Source: Verrucomicrobiota bacterium (GTDB lineage: Bacteria; Verrucomicrobiota; Verrucomicrobiia; Limisphaerales; AV2). From it: a DNA stretch of 51,539 bases. Location: positions 1-51,539 of the forward strand of contig QHNT01000205.1 in the NCBI GenBank assembly GCA_003218515.1, written 5' to 3'. The notes under the pieces were generated by a model. That model was given only the letters and a program-made list of their open reading frames with translations. It had not been told where the DNA came from and made no database searches. Below are positions 47,614-51,539 of this stretch, in pieces. Numbering within the stretch: position 1 is the stretch's first letter; each line of letters starts with the position of its first letter. The position numbers and the translations under genes are program-made.

Positions 47614-47881
47614 TTTGTTCCTTTCAGGTTGCAAAAGGGGTTACGAATGCAAGCAAACCACCCCAAGATATACCGGACAATGGGGGCAACACCTTATTCT
47701 TCAAAGCTAAAGACCCCTAAAGCGCGACAACATAGACTGCGTCGGGCAGTGATCGGATTGGATTTCCTTGCTGTGCTGCGCTTCCGGCCAAGTTCGTCTG
47801 GTGAGGCTACCGAATCAGACAGGGTTCGCGATTCAACTTTCTTTCGCCGCTACGCGGCTCTGAATTCCGTCCACGATTAAA

Positions 47882-47901
47882 CCCACGGCTGACGCCGTGG
47901 G
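47882..47901. terminator. GC hairpin (cccacggc-tgac-gccgtggg) inside a REP-like sequence downstream of the 47947 gene
   Basis: Perfect 8-bp stem with a 4-nt loop, about 45 nt past the stop of the minus-strand membrane-protein gene. There is no clear T-tract. Confidence 0.35.
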
Positions 47902-47946
47902 CAATCCTCTGTCGTTGCTCCGCAGCTATTTGCCGCGGCTCCGCCG

Positions 47947-48645
47947 TTATTTGCCGCTGCTTTGATTGATGATCATGATCTTCTGCCAGATCTTGCGCGA
48001 CAGTCCGGTCGTCAGGTCCTCAATTTCGTCCACGGCCGACAGCGCCACGGGATCGTTGAACCGTTGCGCGTAAAGGGCGGCGACCTTGCCGATCAGCGAC
48101 AGCATCTCGCTGCAATAATCGAGATAGCGCGACATCTCAAACGTGGTCATCGTGCGTTTGGGTGACGATTTGGTGGCCGGCCCGCCGGTCAGAATAATTT
48201 CCGGGTCCTTCGTCAACTGGTGCATGTCAATGATGTGGGCGAGCGCGCGCAGTTCGTGGATCGCTCCGAGCGCGCGCTTCCGTTTGATCCGGCCTTCGAG
48301 CGTGACCAGAAAAAAGATCGCGATGCCGACGAAGACAATGTCGTTGATTCCCGCGTCCACCGCTTGCACGAAATCCGCGAAGCTCTCCCACATTTTTGAG
48401 ATTTTCACGTTCGCAAGCGCCAGCAGGATGATCGACGCGAGCAGCGCGACCAAAAAGCCGATGGCGATGCGCAACGGCAACAACGGACGGGCAATCCATT
48501 CGGCGCGTGTCACCGCTTCGGTCCCGATCCGTTGAAGCTCTTCTGCAACTTTGCTCAAACCCGCGCCAGGAAACCGTTCCTGGATGCGATCGCGAAGCTG
48601 GCCGATGGTTTGGATAATATGATCGGCGTTCAGGCTGCGATACAT
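47947..48645 (-). CDS. hypothetical membrane protein
   Basis: 232 aa with two central TM helices (LRIAIGFLVALLASIILLALA; IVFVGIAIFFLVTL) between soluble helical regions. No family recognised. Confidence 0.55.
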   Translation of the reverse strand: MYRSLNADHIIQTIGQLRDRIQERFPGAGLSKVAEELQRIGTEAVTRAEWIARPLLPLRIAIGFLVALLASIILLALANVKISKMWESFADFVQAVDAGINDIVFVGIAIFFLVTLEGRIKRKRALGAIHELRALAHIIDMHQLTKDPEIILTGGPATKSSPKRTMTTFEMSRYLDYCSEMLSLIGKVAALYAQRFNDPVALSAVDEIEDLTTGLSRKIWQKIMIINQSSGK

Positions 48646-48675
48646 GGCGGGAGGGTGATTGAAACGATTTACTTG

Positions 48676-49097
48676 CTAAAGCTTTTTGATCTCTTCCCAC
48701 ATCGGCTGCAGATCAGGATCCTCCAACGCGGTTCTCTTGATGTCCGCCTTGCCGCGGATCCTGACCGCCTCGGTCAGCCAGCTTCGCGCTCCGTCCAGGT
48801 CGCCGAGCCGGCAGGCGTAGCAGGCGAGGTTGTAGGGAATCGTGCTGACGCCGGGAAATTTTTCGACGACGGGCAGGAGCAAGTCAAACGCCTCGCGCGT
48901 CCGCTTCAGCTCGTGCAGACTGTTTCGAGCACTTCGCGGTGCTGCCGCTGGTCCGACGAAATTTTCGTCAATTCGACTTTGGCTTCACCTGTGTTCCCCA
49001 ATTCCAGCCAGCCAATCGCTGCGTTCAGGTAATAATCGTCCGGCGGCGTCAGTTTGCCCATAGAAATTTGATGCGTTTCCGGTTTGGCAAAAGGCAA
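48676..49097 (-). pseudogene. TPR-like protein gene with internal deletion and frameshift
   Basis: The N-terminal frame reads DDYYLNAAIGWLELGNTGEAKVELTKISSDQRQHREVLE and then stops. The next frame continues LHELKRTREAFDLLLPVVEKFPGVSTIPYNLACYACRLGDLDGARSWLTEAV...LEDPDLQPMWEEI. The middle of the family-typical sequence is absent. Confidence 0.55.
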
Positions 49098-49140
49098 CAG
49101 TTAAAGCAAAACAACAGAAGTTAAAACCAAAAACAAACGC

Positions 49141-50847
49141 ATGACGCATTCAAGCATCACCTTAACGGCCGGCTTCAGTCGTTTCGAGCAGGGCGGCAGC
49201 CCGTGCAAACCGTTTCAATGGTTTATTCGACGCTTGGAAAAACCGCCAAAGTGGTTGAATCATTCGACGTTCCTCTGCGCCTTGCTCAGGCAAGGTGTTC
49301 ACGAGAATTTCCGGTGGCGCGCGCTGGTTCTCTGGCTGCTAGGTCTCACTTTTCCTCTTTTCGCTACAGAAACACGTCCGCTATCGACGAACGCGGCCAG
49401 GCCGGCAGGAAACCTTGCAGAACTGCAGGCCGGAATCGCCACCCACATTTCGCGACCGCGCTTCGCGGCCGCGGCCTGGGGCGCGAAAGTCGTTTCGCTC
49501 GACACCGGCAAAGGGCTGTATGAGCACAACGCGGGCAAACTGCTCAAGCCCGCGTCGAACGCCAAGCTCTTCACCGGCGCGCTGGCACTCGACCGACTCG
49601 GGCCGGATTGCCGCATCAAGACCTCGTGCTGCGCCGCCGGCAAACCGGACGGCGAAGGCACGCTCCACAGCGACCTGATCATTTACGGGCGCGGCGATCC
49701 GTCGTTTGCCGCGCGGTTCAACGGCGGCGACTCCGGCAAATCACTTGATCCGCTCGTGACGGCCCTGGTGGCCGCCGGCATCAAACGGATCGAGGGTGAT
49801 CTCGTCGGTGACGAAAGTTTTTTTCGCGGGCCGCCCTTCGGATCGAGCTGGACGTGGGACGATTTGCAAAACTCCTACGGCGCGGAGGTGTCCGCGCTCA
49901 GTCAGGAAGACAACGTGGTTGACCTCGTTTTCAAGTCGGGCGCGAAGGCAGGCGACCCTTGCGTAATCGTGAGCAAGCCGGAAACTGATTTTCTCGCCTT
50001 CATCAACCGCGCCAAAACAGCGGGCAAAGGTGGCCAGCGCGAAATCAATCTCTACCGTCCACTGCCTCAGAACACGGTTTATATTTCCGGCTCGTTGCCG
50101 GTCGGCACCAACTGGACCGACGCCGTGAGCGTGCATAACCCGGCGCTCTGGTTCGTGACGCGCCTGAAAGCGGCGTTGGAAAAGCGCGGCATCGCCGTCG
50201 CCGGCAAATTGCGTTCCGTGAACTGGCTGGACCGCCAGACGCAGCCGCTGGATTTCTCCAGGCTCGCGGAGGTGGCCTCGATCGAATCACGGCCCGTGAG
50301 CGAGTTGGTCAACAAGATGATGAAATCCTCGCAAAACCTCTACGCCCAGTTGTTGTTGCTGCAGGTCGGAGCGCGAAGTGAAAAGCGGGACCACGAGGCG
50401 AAAACGACGGAAGAAGCCGGTATCGCGGAGTTGAACCGCTTCGCCAGGGACGCCGGCGTCAGGCGCGGCGAACTGCTTTTCGACGAAGGCTCCGGCCTGT
50501 CGCGCAGCGCTCTGGTCACGCCTGAGGCGATCGTTCAACTGCTCGCCTTCATGAGCCGGCACCGCTGCGCTGAGGTTTTCCGCGACGCGCTGCCCATTGC
50601 CGGGGTGGATGGTTCGCTTCGCAACCGCATGAACGGAACCGCAGGCGAAAAGAATGTGCGGGCCAAAACCGGAACCATCGGTCACGTGCACTCGCTTTCC
50701 GGCTACGTGACGACAGCAGCCGGCGAACACCTGGCCTTCTCGCTCATGCTGAACAATTACGACGACGCGGGACATTCTGTCAAAGACGACCTCGATCCAA
50801 TTCCCGAGATGCTGGCCGGGTTCAAAGGGCGCTCGGACAAGCCTTGA
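49141..50847 (+). CDS. dacB: D-alanyl-D-alanine carboxypeptidase/endopeptidase (PBP4, peptidase S13)
   Basis: SxxK (PASNAKL), SxN (SSQNLY) and KTG (AKTGTI) motifs in PBP4 spacing. The start is uncertain: the signal-peptide-like segment WRALVLWLLGLTFPLFA lies about 55 codons into the ORF, and TTG near 49281 is possible. Confidence 0.8.
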   Translation: MTHSSITLTAGFSRFEQGGSPCKPFQWFIRRLEKPPKWLNHSTFLCALLRQGVHENFRWRALVLWLLGLTFPLFATETRPLSTNAARPAGNLAELQAGIATHISRPRFAAAAWGAKVVSLDTGKGLYEHNAGKLLKPASNAKLFTGALALDRLGPDCRIKTSCCAAGKPDGEGTLHSDLIIYGRGDPSFAARFNGGDSGKSLDPLVTALVAAGIKRIEGDLVGDESFFRGPPFGSSWTWDDLQNSYGAEVSALSQEDNVVDLVFKSGAKAGDPCVIVSKPETDFLAFINRAKTAGKGGQREINLYRPLPQNTVYISGSLPVGTNWTDAVSVHNPALWFVTRLKAALEKRGIAVAGKLRSVNWLDRQTQPLDFSRLAEVASIESRPVSELVNKMMKSSQNLYAQLLLLQVGARSEKRDHEAKTTEEAGIAELNRFARDAGVRRGELLFDEGSGLSRSALVTPEAIVQLLAFMSRHRCAEVFRDALPIAGVDGSLRNRMNGTAGEKNVRAKTGTIGHVHSLSGYVTTAAGEHLAFSLMLNNYDDAGHSVKDDLDPIPEMLAGFKGRSDKP

Positions 50848-50849
50848 CT

Positions 50850-50990
50850 GTCGGTAGGGCGGGCTGTCCTCGGCCCGCCGCAGCGGAAGCCGAACGAGGC
50901 GGCGCGATCAGCTTTCCCTGATCCTGGTGGGGCGAGACTCCGTCGAGCCCTGATCTCCAATGGGCGGACCTGGCACATCGCGCCCTTCCC
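50850..50990. repeat. REP-like element between convergent genes (contains hairpin ggcgggc-N8-gcccgcc at 50858-50879)
   Basis: The sequence ggtagggcgggctgtcctcggcccgccgcagc... is related to the ...SESTPYL-encoding fragment embedded in the RND gene. It probably doubles as a terminator for the PBP4 gene. Confidence 0.45.
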
Positions 50991-51539
50991 TCAAGCAAAC
51001 AGACTTTCCGGCTTCTCCGCGCAGCTCAGGTAACGGCCACCCGCGTACACATTTGCCAGCTTGCCGTCGCACCATTTGCGCAGCCGATACAGCGTCGCAA
51101 ACGTGTAGTCCGGCGCGGCGCCGCCCTGGCCGCCGACGAGTTCCGCGCCACGGCGCACGTTGTCGATCATCCACGCCGGCAGCGAAAGGTGGTACGGATT
51201 GCGCCGCACCTCGCCGATGTGAAACGTCAGCGCGGTGATAAGATCAGCCACGTGTTGCGCGCTCAGTTCGACCATAAGATTCGGCGACGGATTTTGCCCC
51301 CAGAATTCGGTTTCGACGGTGTAGCAACTGAAGCTCGTCGGCAAACTCTTGAGTGCGTCCATCACCAAAAGATGAGTGCCAACGTGCGTGCTGTTCCAAT
51401 CAAGGTCGTGCGGGAAAAGAATCACGCGCGGCTGATGTTTTGCCAGGATTTCGGCGATGGCTTGGACCGATTGCGTCCAATGCGTCGGATGCTGTTCGCG
51501 CGCTTTCGGGTTCACTTTCTCCAGTCCATCAGGCGCGGT
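50991..51539 (-). CDS. PIG-L/LmbE-family deacetylase (5'-partial, runs off the window)
   Basis: ILFPHDLDWNSTHVGTHLLVMDAL resembles the PIG-L metal-binding region. The frame remains open to the last base of the window upstream of the GTG called at 51515. Confidence 0.6.
   Translation of the reverse strand, partial: TAPDGLEKVNPKAREQHPTHWTQSVQAIAEILAKHQPRVILFPHDLDWNSTHVGTHLLVMDALKSLPTSFSCYTVETEFWGQNPSPNLMVELSAQHVADLITALTFHIGEVRRNPYHLSLPAWMIDNVRRGAELVGGQGGAAPDYTFATLYRLRKWCDGKLANVYAGGRYLSCAEKPESLFA

Noticed and set aside
47629-47880. 83-aa plus-strand ORF in the gap upstream of FG-GAP unit A
   Set aside because: It has no homology features and lies in the probable promoter and REP region of the array. 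Likely non-coding.

Overview
High-GC bacterial chromosomal window. Gene content and repeat families suggest a PVC-superphylum, Verrucomicrobiota-like organism (inference only).

Gene order, left to right:
- a beta-lactamase-like hydrolase and a HEAT-repeat protein;
- a decayed toxin-antitoxin-like pair fused to a fragment of squalene-hopene cyclase (shc);
- an intact but insertion-laden shc, next to a DCC oxidoreductase and a type III PKS / methyltransferase / flavoprotein cluster (phenolic-lipid type);
- a 7TM hybrid histidine kinase broken inside its PAS domain;
- an RRM RNA-binding protein, trxA, a T2SS-F-like protein and a class V aminotransferase;
- a stand-alone C-terminal half of carB, then a broken TauE gene and a response regulator;
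- a porin-pstSCAB-phoU operon and a CXXCH protein;
- a frameshifted chrB abutting a 5'-truncated DUF1259 gene;
- an RND-MFP-TolC efflux operon, three receiver-domain genes and glcEF;
- a ~9.7 kb minus-strand array of FG-GAP/VCBS beta-propeller paralogs with mosaic junctions and promoterless fragments;
- a membrane protein, a broken TPR gene, a PBP4-type carboxypeptidase and a partial PIG-L deacetylase.

Two window-wide themes stand out:
1. Several families of palindromic or heptamer repeat elements lie between genes and also in frame inside conserved genes (shc at four sites, carB, pstB, glcF, the RND pump, the TolC leader). This resembles Rickettsia palindromic elements.
2. The density of genes with internal deletions or frameshifts is unusually high.

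No rRNA, tRNA, CRISPR array, transposase or integrase was seen.
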